A DNA stretch of 63,934 nt, filler included, from Aduncisulcus paluster (lineage: Eukaryota), in assembly GCA_024181965.1 (NCBI GenBank). It is 7 parts of 7 records of this genome, joined end to end, with 100 filler letters (N's around TTAATTAATTAA, not from the genome) between each part and the next. Parts side by side here need not be neighbours in the genome. Positions count along the whole stretch, not along the records: positions 1 to 8,280 come from BQXS01010011.1; positions 8,381 to 18,026 come from BQXS01010012.1; 5 more parts are not named here. One strand, written 5' to 3'. Made by a program: the position numbers and the translations under genes. Numbering within the stretch: the stretch's first letter is position 1; each line of letters starts with the position of its first letter. This document shows positions 1 through 9,971 of the stretch, piece after piece. A model generated the notes under the pieces. That model did not search any database, was not told the origin of the DNA, and worked only from the letters and a program-made list of their open reading frames with translations.

Positions 1-3000
1 GGTAGAAGTGATGCTGGTGCAGAGTATGACAGGCTTGTCGTTCAGATCCTTGCAAAGACCGTTGAGTTCACTGGACTATCCGGCTCTCCGTCCACAGGTC
101 TCACTGACCTTTCTGTGAGTGGCTGTGGGTTGCGTAGGATCGAGGATGTGCTTGATCTCACCCCCATCTTTGAAGATAACAAGGATGATCTGACCAGACC
201 TTTCCGTCTCGAATCATTGAATCTCTCCTACAATTTCATCTCTGATGTCTCTGTTCTCATCACGGAGGCCATTTTCCCCCGTGACAATTTGCGATTCCTT
301 GATCTCCGTGGTAACAATATCTGTGATGTTGACAATGTCCGCCGTGAGTTGCTTGCCCATTTCACCCATCTCACCGATTCTTCGCTTCTGCTCTCGTCTG
401 CTGATCAAAGGTGTGAGTGTGACGATCCCGTCTCTTTCTCGTCACATCAAGTGTGTCGAGAAGTGGATTCTGGCTTTTGGGATGTTGAGTGCTGGAAAGG
501 ATATTACTTTGACATGCCGACTGGAGAGTGTAAAGAAGCTCTGATTGATGAAAACAAGGTGAAATATACGACATGTGAGGGAAGGCAAAAAATTAGCTCT
601 GATATAGAGGATTCTATTTTTAATTCAGTAGTTTTTGATGAGTGTAATAAGGGTTTTATATTCGATCCATATGAAAAATTGTGTAAAAAAATTCCAACAA
701 CTACAATTCAGAATCAAATTCCACAATCTAATTCCCATGACAATCTTTTTCCGATATTTACTGCTATTCTCATTTTGTGTGGCATAATCTATTCCATCTA
801 TCGCTGTTTCCACGGCAATATCTTAATTTTCTACTTCAAGATGCAACAAAAGTTGTTTTTGACCACAGATGCTGTTATTCAAACTGTAGAACCTGTGTTT
901 GTTCATGAAGGAGAATACGATTGCTCCACAATTCCTGGAGATTCCCCCAATATTAAGAGTGTAGAGTTTCCAACTATCAAAGCAATAGATGGAACCAAGG
1001 ATGAAGATGGATATCCCTACGATCAGAGTTCTAATGCGCAAAGGATGATGAAAGGAGAGTTTCATTATGGATATTTTACCCATATCTCCATTCCTTTCTC
1101 TTCGTCTTCCCCAATGAAAGGGGCTTATATCTGTCTATATGATGAATTTTTACTCCCATCACATCTTATCTTCACTCTAACATCTTCAAAGGGTGATAAA
1201 ACATCCAAGAAATATGAATTTCCTGAATTTGAAGATTATCATTGGTATTTCCTTCCTGTTGATCTCCCTGATGTTGTTCTGTGTGAAATTACAGGGAAAG
1301 CAAGAAAGAAAGAGAATTTTGGAATCTTCTCCCTTGTTTCCATTAGTAGAGAAGAAACTCCTGAAGAAATTAAATCTCGTGAAGCCAGAGAGAAACTATG
1401 GTCTGAAACTCCAGTTGTGAAACCAGAGTTTGTTAAGAAAGGATATAGAGATTCTATTCCCATTGCGCGTGATGATCCAAAGCTTGTAGATCCTTCATTC
1501 TCAATGGTTAAGTGCAAGAATGATGTGTATAGTAAGCAATCTGAGGAGTATGATAAGAGTTCAAGAGCACAAAAAATGTTGAAAGGGGAACGTGGTGTTT
1601 GCTTATCCCATCTTTCCATCCCTTTCCCCTCACCTAGTCCAATGAAAGGTGCTTATATCTGTGTGGATAAGAATTACAGTTCACCCTCTCTTCTCTTCAC
1701 TTTCACTGATTGTGATGGCAAGAAGACATACAAGAAGTATGAATTCACACAACCTGAACATGTTTTTGAATGGCACTTCTTTTCTATTGATTTGGATAGC
1801 GTTGTATTGTGTGAGATTGAGGGGAAAGGAACGTGGAAAGAGAAGGATAATCGTCATTTCAACATTCACTCCCTTGTTTTTCTTCGAGGTGATGATATTC
1901 CCACTTCTCCTCCTCTTCTTACTCCTGTTCCTGTTTCTTCCAGTTCCTCCAAGACAGCCACATCAACTTTGTCTTTGTCATCAAAAACCGTGAAAGAAAG
2001 ACAAGAAGAAGAACAAGAAGAAATTGTTATTAAAGGAAATGATAAGGATTCAACACCAAAAGACACCAAACAGAAGAAACCCAAAGATGGCAAGCCCAAG
2101 GATAAACCCAAGCACGACTCTTTCACTCTAACTTCCGCAGACCTCATCACTCTTCAGTGTAAAATTGGCACTGGTGGATTTGGAGAGGTTCTTCTTGTCA
2201 AGGTTGACGGCATTGATTCTCCATGTGTTCTGAAGAAGATGCTTAAAATCGCGGATAAAAGGGTTGTGAAAGATTGTCGAAAGGAGTTCAAGATGCAACA
2301 GAAATTGTTTATGAATGGCAAATGTTTCAATCGTATCCCACGTCCTTTGTACATTCTTGACCTACTTGATGCAGATATGAAAGGGGAATATGGATTTATC
2401 ATGGAATATTGTGCTGGAGGTAGTGTTAAAGATTTTGCTAGAAGTTGGTGTATTCAAGGAGATGGAGAAGAAGGTGAAGAGGATGAAGAAGAATGCTCTT
2501 CAGAAGAAGATAGTGGTTATTACAAATCTTTTGATCCCATGGCACTGAACCCTGTGAAAGTGTGTTCTCTCTGTGTTGGCATGATTGAATGTCTTGATAA
2601 TGTGTTTTGAGCAAAGAAGAGTCTTGTCCATCGAGATATCAAACCTGACAACTTCCTTGTTCGTGTTGATCCCGATTCTAAGAAATGCACTGTTGTCCTT
2701 GCTGATCTTGGTCTTGCCCAGATCCAAGACTCCATCTCCTCTTCCATGTCTTCAAGGAGCTTTGTTGATTTCTCCTCTAAGTCTGAAGATGATACTGAAG
2801 CCAAACACAAACTCAAACGCCCCTTCTGTGGAACACTTGTGTACAACTCTTTTGAAGCTCTCAAAGGAGATCAAAGCCAAGAGAGTGATGCTTACTCACT
2901 CGGTCTGACTATCTTTGCCTTGTTCAAGTGTAAGGATCCTTTCCTTCACCACCCCGTGTTACAATGTATTGATTCCCCGACAGAATATGCTAAGGAGCTT

Positions 3001-3639
3001 AGTAATCTCATTTCAAATGGAATGGGCCCAAAACTCTGTGAATCCCGTCTTTTCAAAACCCTGAATACCATTGAAGGTGGTAAGTTCAAGACTGTTTATT
3101 CCTGTCTGAATGAAATATTCGAAGGTTTGACAAAGGTTGACATTGATGAACGTATGAGTGTTCATGAAGCCTGTGAGAAAGTTCAATCCATTAAGGATCT
3201 CCTTCCAAAGATTGGAGAAGGATGGGAATATCCATCAATTGATAAAATTGTCGAGAAAAAGGAAAAAATGGTTCCAATATCAAAATCGATGAAAGATTTG
3301 TTTAGAAATAGAACTGATAGAATGTATGGACAACCAAACACCTTGGAAAATTCCTTGATTGATGCTGCAGTATGTATAATTGGGAAGAACTGGCCCTCTT
3401 CTTCCGAGTCAATAGAGTTATCAAGCTCTAGTGCACCGATTTCAGCTTCCGTTTCGACCCATCAAAGCAAATTGTCTCTTTCTTCTCGTCATCCCCCAAC
3501 ACCGAAATTATCGTTACATGTTGCATCAAATGAACATATATTCAAGGAGGATGCATCCGAGTCATTCTCTAGTGACGATACTGAATCTTCTGAGATGAAA
3601 TGTAGAATTGCAAAACTGCCAGACGATGAAGTGGAATAG
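1..3639 (+). pseudogene. Receptor-like kinase (5'-partial): LRR, Cys-rich modules, TM helix, two tandem ~170-aa lineage-specific repeats, Ser/Thr kinase; interrupted by one in-frame TGA at 2608-2610
   Basis: Frame is open from base 1. LRR motifs: LESLNLSYNFISDV, LRFLDLRGNNICDV. TM: LFPIFTAILILCGIIYSIY. Kinase: IGTGGFGEV, CVLKKM, then VF*AKKSLVHRDIKPDNF, DLG, GTLVYNSFEAL. ORFs 115..2610 and 2746..3639 are in the same frame, separated only by the TGA. Confidence 0.8.
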
Positions 3640-3792
3640 GTGATTAATGGTGTCATGATGTCTTGAATCCTGCAGCTCTCGCCACTCTTGTTATTCCTGA
3701 GATTTATTCCAATTCATGTTCCATCCACACACAAATGTATGCTTGACACGTTCTGGTGTGATAATTAGCAGTTGGATTAACCATCACACTGG

Positions 3793-4428
3793 TCAAATAA
3801 CGAACTGATTCACAACCTCTGCGGCAAGATCATATGCATCACAGTCCTGATATATCGAACTCAAGTTGATGGCCGCACACCATCTTAGGTCGCAAGCAAA
3901 CCCTTCCCTGAAGTCAACCATGAATGGCATGTCCTGTGTCGAGTGGATGTTGACGGATGCACTTTGGCTTGTTCTCGGTGGAGTCCTTCGTCTCCTCCGC
4001 CTTTCTTGGTTAAATAAAGCGTCCTTCAACATGAGTGCACCCGTCATATCGGTACCAACTTTTCGCATCCCTTTCTGTTTCAAACCACTCCTTTTCTTCT
4101 TCTTACGCCCCTTTCCAACATCGGAAGAGGTGTCAATATCCACACCATCTCCAGACCCTGGTGTGTCATCGATCATACGCACTTGCACATTAAACCACTC
4201 ATACGATGGACCCCTCGAATTAGACAGTGGTACCATCATCCCGCGAGCATCGTGCTGTTCGGTGATCGTCAATTCACTTCCAACACTCTCTTCGCCACGA
4301 AGGGCATCATACACACAATACAGCGAGACAGATGCTGATGGGGAGTGAAGAACAGCCCGATACAGGGGAATCGCAAGCGAAACCATTCCAATCTGCTGGA
4401 GAGCGCGTGCTAGATTATGAAAAATCAA
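3793..4428 (-). CDS. GTF3C3: C-terminal TPR fragment of RNA polymerase III factor TFIIIC subunit Tfc4/GTF3C3 (5'-truncated)
   Basis: FHNLARALQQIGMVSLAIPLYRAVL and DLRWCAAINLSSIYQ...LAAEVVNQFVI* match the C-terminal pattern of Tfc4 (YNLGR..HQLGL..LA..YY..AL; DLR...AYNL.LIY). An in-frame TGA lies 4 codons upstream of the ORF, followed by AT-rich non-coding DNA. Confidence 0.65.
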   Translation of the reverse strand: MIFHNLARALQQIGMVSLAIPLYRAVLHSPSASVSLYCVYDALRGEESVGSELTITEQHDARGMMVPLSNSRGPSYEWFNVQVRMIDDTPGSGDGVDIDTSSDVGKGRKKKKRSGLKQKGMRKVGTDMTGALMLKDALFNQERRRRRRTPPRTSQSASVNIHSTQDMPFMVDFREGFACDLRWCAAINLSSIYQDCDAYDLAAEVVNQFVI

Positions 4429-5058
4429 GATACTTACAAATCACAATTTTAAAAGGATAATCAAATAACTAAATTTTTTTTTCCGAAAAATAATAATTTA
4501 ACTAATGAATAGAGACAAATAATCCTTCTAAACAGATTTTCCAAAATAATGAGTTGAATTGATAGCCATTGTTCAAAAGAAATTTAAATTTTTCGAAAAT
4601 AAAATTATGTCGGTGCAGAATTCATGATTTTTTTTTCAATTAACCAACAAATTCAAACAAACCCAAACGAGGCAAAATACCAAAATTAAGGATAACAAGA
4701 TCAATAAGGATAATTAAGAATATTCAGCCTCATAATTTTTTTCAGTTCTTATATGTGATCTTATTTTGTTGATGCTAACAAAGAAAATCGCTTTGAAAAC
4801 CACCCTGATTTCTTTAAAATAATATTTTCATGGTATGAAGATTTGATTGATTTTTTGTTACGTTTGCTGACCTGATATTTGAATTTATTAATATTTATGT
4901 TGCAAACAAGAAAAAATATGATTGATCATGTTGATCATCTTCTGGACTGTCGATGGAATCTGTCAATAATTTTTATGTTTCTCTATATAATATTGCCAAA
5001 TTATATCATTCTTGCCCATACTTTTACAGAAATTGATCACCCGAACGAAGATCCAAAT

Positions 5059-6198
5059 ATGGCAGAATCACTCGCCAATGATGATTTCAGCGAATCAAGA
5101 GTAATTTTGGATATTGATCTTGCGAAGATTCGAGCCAATTATGAAGCTATACGGGAAACAGTAGAGCCATTGACAACAATGGCCGTTCTCAAAGCTGATG
5201 GATATGGCCTTGGAGCTCAAAGAATCGCAGAGTGTTTGAAGGATGCGGGTGTGACATGGTTTGGAGTCGCTGAAATGCACGAGGCAATGTCAATTCGTCA
5301 TTTAAATCTTCCAATCCAGATTCTTGGTGGAGTGATTGCAGAAGAAATTCCTGATGGAGTCAGAAATGATATTATTCTTCCAATCACAGACATGAAGACA
5401 GCCGAAGAGATCAGTACTGAATCCATACGTCAAGGAAAAGTAACTCAATGCCATTTTCTAATAGATTCTGGAATGGGACGCCTTGGAATCCGTATTTCAG
5501 AGGCCGAAGAGCTAATAATGGAGATAATGAAGCTTCCAAATATTGAGTGTAATGGAATATACTCACATTTCCCATATGCCTATGGGGATTATGATTTTTC
5601 TACCAATCAAGTGAGATCAATGATTCAGCTCATCCAAGATCTCGAGAGAAAAGGAATTTCATTCAAATATAAACACATTGCAAACAGTGATGGTATTCAT
5701 AATGTACCATCAGCGATCCAAGCTCCTTTTAACATGGTCCGCACTGGAATCAATCTGTATGGTTGTTTTGATCTTGAGGGACGCAAAACCATCTCTCTTG
5801 ATGAGGTGATCACTCTCAGATCACGTCTTGTAGGTATTCGAGACATGCCATGGGGGGCTTCAATAGGGTATGGTCGAACTTATAAACTGGACGAAGCAAC
5901 TCGTGTAGGAACTGTGGCAATTGGATACGCAGACGGTCTTCCAATTGGATTATCAAACAACGGATATGTTATAATTCATGGAAAACGATGCCCGATCATT
6001 GGCCGGGTCTCAATGGACTATATAACCGTTTCCCTTGATGAAGTTCCGGAAGCTCAAGTAGGTGATGAGGTTGTATGTCTTGGCGATGGAATATCTGTTG
6101 CTGATTGGGCCGAGGCCAAAAGAACAATAACCTACGAAATTATATGTTCATTTGGTAATAGAGTGGAGCGAAACTACATAAACGGTGATGGTAATTGA
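5059..6198 (+). CDS. alr: Alanine racemase, bacterial fold-type III PLP enzyme
   Basis: AVLKADGYG (PLP lysine), IDSGMGRLG, YSHF, HIANS, VRTGINLYG, SIGYGRTY (catalytic Tyr region), GYADG, GRVSMDY, TITYEIICSFGNRVER. ATG 5059 preferred because homology starts at RVILDIDLAKIRANY. Confidence 0.95.
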   Translation: MAESLANDDFSESRVILDIDLAKIRANYEAIRETVEPLTTMAVLKADGYGLGAQRIAECLKDAGVTWFGVAEMHEAMSIRHLNLPIQILGGVIAEEIPDGVRNDIILPITDMKTAEEISTESIRQGKVTQCHFLIDSGMGRLGIRISEAEELIMEIMKLPNIECNGIYSHFPYAYGDYDFSTNQVRSMIQLIQDLERKGISFKYKHIANSDGIHNVPSAIQAPFNMVRTGINLYGCFDLEGRKTISLDEVITLRSRLVGIRDMPWGASIGYGRTYKLDEATRVGTVAIGYADGLPIGLSNNGYVIIHGKRCPIIGRVSMDYITVSLDEVPEAQVGDEVVCLGDGISVADWAEAKRTITYEIICSFGNRVERNYINGDGN

Positions 6199-6459
6199 AT
6201 TAGACAAATTTGCGGGTGTAATAATTTTATATATTTATAATATGTTGAAAAATAAGGTGGTGTTCATTTGTCAATAAAGCAATAGTATAACAAAAAAGAC
6301 TGAAAAATAAAATCCCCTATAATAGCGATGGTGAATTGATTTAAATAGGTATTCTAAATATACATTGATATTATATCAAGTTTTGGAATAGATTATAGAC
6401 AAACGTTGATTTTTTGGAATCATGATTATAATATACCATTATCCACATAAGATATATGT

Positions 6460-6532
6460 GGGGGTGTAGCTCAGCTGGTAGAGCGCTTCCTTAGCATGGA
6501 AGAGGCCTTGGGTTCGAGTCCCAACATCTCCA
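6460..6532 (+). tRNA. tRNA-Ala (AGC), intronless, no encoded CCA
   Basis: Full cloverleaf: acceptor GGGGGTG/CATCTCC+A with the G3:U70 alanine identity pair, D-arm GCTCAGCTGGTAGAGC, anticodon arm CTTCC-TTAGCAT-GGAAG, T-arm TTGGG-TTCGAGT-CCCAA. Confidence 0.97.
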
Positions 6533-6833
6533 AATTTATTTAAGAATTGATCCTGTGAAGGAACGAAAGAACCCAGGTCAAACCACATCACATGCCATGC
6601 GTGAAATTTTAGGGCAAATACAATGGTTTCCTCCAAATTTCCTTACTATTGACAAAATTAGCTTGATTAATCAAATTCTATTCTAAAAATAGAAAATCTA
6701 AAAATAGAACTTGTCAATTATTTAGATGAATTTATTGGGAAGAACATAACTTTCTCAGTCATTAATCATCAAATATTCGTCTAAAAATGTTCAAAAGAGA
6801 CATTTCAAATGGAATTATTTGAACTTTGAAAAT

Positions 6834-8280
6834 CTAAAACTCAATACATTCAATTTTGCCACAACTTGAGGCACAATAAACTCGATACCCATCAATACAA
6901 GCACCTAGAATTTGTCCCTCAGATAATTGAAGCTTTAAAGCACAAACTGGTTTGGAACCATCTCCAGCAATACCACGAATATCCCACAAGCGCACAAATC
7001 CATCATAAGATGTTGAAATTATCTTGGCGCCATCAACATGAAGAAAAGAGATATCTTTCTTGTGCCCAGATAGATATAGAGTCTTTGATTTAGGCTGCCT
7101 TTTATCTGCAAAAAAGATCTTCTTCTCCGCCCCACCAGATGCGATAACACGCCCATCATGAACAGTATCCACACATCTCACTCGGGCCTTATGTTTCTGG
7201 ACAGTTCCAATCAATTTTTGTCTCTCAATATCCCATGATTTCACAGTGTGGTCAGCAGATCCCGTGATCAAATTATTTCCAGAACGAGAGCAACAATATA
7301 CACCCTTCGAATGACCCTCAAATTTTGTTAGCAACTCCCCTGTTGACGTATTCCACATGTAGGCAAAAGTATCCTTGCAGCATCCAATGATACAATCATC
7401 ATATAAGCCAACTTCATACACAGCTTTTGGATGTTTTATGATTCGCAATTCTTTCAAATCTTCTTCTTTCCATAACCTCACAATGCCTTCAGTATCAGAT
7501 GAGGCAAGAATACCATGGTTTGTGGATAACGAGAGAAGTTCAGAACCATGCATCGTCGTATTTAGCAGAGGAGTATTATATGAGCGATATTCATGGAGAG
7601 GATACACATCTGGCTCAAAAGAAACAACAGTACCATCATCATTTCCACAGAACATTAAGGAACCTCGCCCACCAACCGCAACACATCGAGAGGTTACGTT
7701 GCTTGTTCCTATCGAAAAAGTGGCTCGACGAATACCATCATGTTTTGCAGTTTCAAAGAATCCATTAGGATCCATTCTCTTCGACATTTCTGAGTGTGAT
7801 TCGCGATCAGAATCAGATTCATCAAGAGCAATCTCATATTTTGCTCCCTTCAAATGTTTTGAACCATGGATTTGGGAAGATTGTTTAGAATGCTGAATAA
7901 GGTCTGGATGTGAGTCCAATTCAGAAGCATTCGATCCCATCACACGATCCTTTCTAGATCTCATTCTAATTTTATCCTCACATACCAACGGTCGAAACCA
8001 TTTCAACATCAATATTTGTGCGGCAGAAGGACGATTCTCGGGTCTTTCGTCCATACATTGTTTGCATATTCCTTCCACTTCAGCTGGCATGCATCCTCCT
8101 TCCCACTCACAGAATACACATTGCAGCAACACTCCGAACGAGAACACATCGCTGGAAGGTGTTGGATGAGGTGAGACTCGATCTTTGATGGCCTGATCGA
8201 TCTCTGGAGCCATGTACATTTGAGTTCCTATCTTCATCGTTGGACTGATCAAACGCATTGTACGTTCACTACAATCGACG
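6834..8280 (-). CDS. Protein kinase C-lobe fused to a C-terminal WD40 propeller (5'-partial)
   Basis: GTQMYMAPE, SDVFSFGVLL, CMDERPENRPSA; then WD repeats (FEGHSKGVYC...GSADHTVKSWD, GHKKDISFL...SYDGFVRLWD). Frame is open to the contig edge. Confidence 0.85.
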
Positions 8281-8380
8281 NNNNNNNNNNNNNNNNNNNN
8301 NNNNNNNNNNNNNNNNNNNNNNNNTTAATTAATTAANNNNNNNNNNNNNNNNNNNNNNNNNNNNNNNNNNNNNNNNNNNN
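8281..8380. other. Artificial contig linker (N44-TTAATTAATTAA-N44)
   Basis: 100-bp spacer with a six-frame stop core; identical at six places in the window. Confidence 0.99.
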
Positions 8381-8618
8381 TTCGGAATTTGCTGAAATCA
8401 AATTGTTTTTGTCAACAATTACTCCAATTCATCGCGTTAAATGTCTGTAATTTTTAAATTTTTTGGGTAACGACTTCGATATAATCATGGATATAATTGT
8501 GCTTGCTTGATTTTTCAGAAGGTTATGAACGAAATCAAAAATGGCTATTTTTGGACCTCGATGAATTGATGATCTTCTCCATTTTCTTTCGTTCTTTCGG
8601 AGAAATACACATTTTATT

Positions 8619-9605
8619 ATGGTTAAGATAGGAATTAACGGATTTGGTCGTATCGGCCGTATGACTCTCAGATCTGCTGTCAAGGATGAGACTATTGAAG
8701 TTGTCGCTCTTAACGACCCCTTCATTCCCCCTGAGTACATGGTTTACCAACTCAAGTATGATTCTGCTCAAGGTGCTTTCCCTGGTGAAGTGACTCACAC
8801 TGAGAATTCTCTCATTGTTAATGGCAGATCTATGCGTGTCTTCTCTGAGCGTGACCCTTCAGATATTGACTGGGCTGGTTGTGGTGCTGAAATTGTTATT
8901 GAATGCACTGGTATCTTCACCAAAACTGACCTTGCCAAGAAACATCTTGGTGGATCTGTCAAGAAGGTTCTCATCTCTGCTCCTTCCCCCGATGCCCCAA
9001 TGTTCGTTTATGGTGTAAATCATGAAACTCTTCGTGCTGATCAGGACGTTATCTCCAACGCTTCTTGCACCACCAATGCTACTGCTGGTGTTGTGAAGGT
9101 TCTCCACGATTCATTTGGCCTCGAGTCTGGTATCCTCACCACTGTTCACGCTGTTACTGCCACCCAGAAAACCGTTGATGGACCTTCCAAGAGCTGGAGA
9201 TCTGGTCGTGCCGCTTTGAACAACATCATCCCCGCCTCCACTGGTGCTGCCAAGGCTGTTGGAAAGGTTCTCCCTGCTGTTGATGGAATCCTTACAGGTA
9301 TGGCTTTCCGTGTCCCCACTATCACTGGTTCCGTTGTTGATCTTACTGTTAACCTCAAAAAGGCTGCTACTTACGACGAGGTCTGTGCCGCTGTTAAGGC
9401 TGCCTCTGGTGTCCACATGGGTTACACTGAGGATGAAATGGTCAGTTCTGATATCATTGGTGACTCTCATGGTGGTGTCTTTGATGCTAAGGCTGGTATT
9501 GCTCTCACTGATAAGTTCATGAAGCTCATCATTTTCTACGATAACGAGATGGGTTACACCTCTCAGTTGATGAGAATGCTTCACGAACTCGCCAAGAAGC
9601 TCTAA
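8619..9605 (+). CDS. GAPDH: Glyceraldehyde-3-phosphate dehydrogenase
   Basis: [24 protein letters not shown] (catalytic Cys), [49 protein letters not shown]; strong codon bias. Confidence 0.98.
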   Translation: MVKIGINGFGRIGRMTLRSAVKDETIEVVALNDPFIPPEYMVYQLKYDSAQGAFPGEVTHTENSLIVNGRSMRVFSERDPSDIDWAGCGAEIVIECTGIFTKTDLAKKHLGGSVKKVLISAPSPDAPMFVYGVNHETLRADQDVISNASCTTNATAGVVKVLHDSFGLESGILTTVHAVTATQKTVDGPSKSWRSGRAALNNIIPASTGAAKAVGKVLPAVDGILTGMAFRVPTITGSVVDLTVNLKKAATYDEVCAAVKAASGVHMGYTEDEMVSSDIIGDSHGGVFDAKAGIALTDKFMKLIIFYDNEMGYTSQLMRMLHELAKKL

Positions 9606-9971
9606 ATTTGATATTATCAATAAATCTTACAATTTAGTTATTTCGAATTTCGAAATTATTCCCGGATGATGGATTTTGCCGCGTAAGATGCCAATACAAA
9701 ATAGAATGAAATGAATCTAAGTTATGAGATATAATTTATATTGTGTTTTGGTCCAAATGATACCAGAATGATTAGTTTCGACCATCTCCTTATCCTGTCG
9801 AGTTTTTGGCTAAAACAACGTATTTGAGATGATCTTATTCATATTTATATAATATATATCATATTTTTGTTTCATTAGTGTTTATTTTTTCCTTCGAAGA
9901 GTGTTTATTTCATCCCACTTTAAATGTCTTTTTTGGGGTGTTACTGAAGAAAAATACCTTGATAAATTCGG

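Noticed and set aside
2608-2610. Alternative genetic code
   Set aside because: TGA, TAA and TAG all end conserved genes at the expected positions (alr TGA, GAPDH TAA, E2 TAG).
3640-3792. SECIS element or selenocysteine explanation for the TGA at 2608
   Set aside because: The ATGA near 3656 lacks the spacing and stem of a eukaryotic SECIS, and the codon position is not a Cys/redox site.
4410-4437. 28-nt GTAAGT...CTAG mini-intron at the start of the Tfc4 fragment
   Set aside because: It would remove the conserved FHNL residues, and no upstream exon is evident.
4879-5058. N-terminal extension/signal peptide on alanine racemase
   Set aside because: The ORF-track start is TTG, and the extension is AT-rich with no homology; ATG 5059 is the likelier start, though upstream ATGs cannot be fully excluded.
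3793-6532. Functional link between the TFIIIC fragment and the nearby tRNA gene
   Set aside because: No mechanism requires linkage; treated as coincidence.
8325-8336. Repeated TTAATTAATTAA palindromes as a biological repeat or recombination site
   Set aside because: Always centred in N44...N44; an artificial six-frame-stop contig linker.
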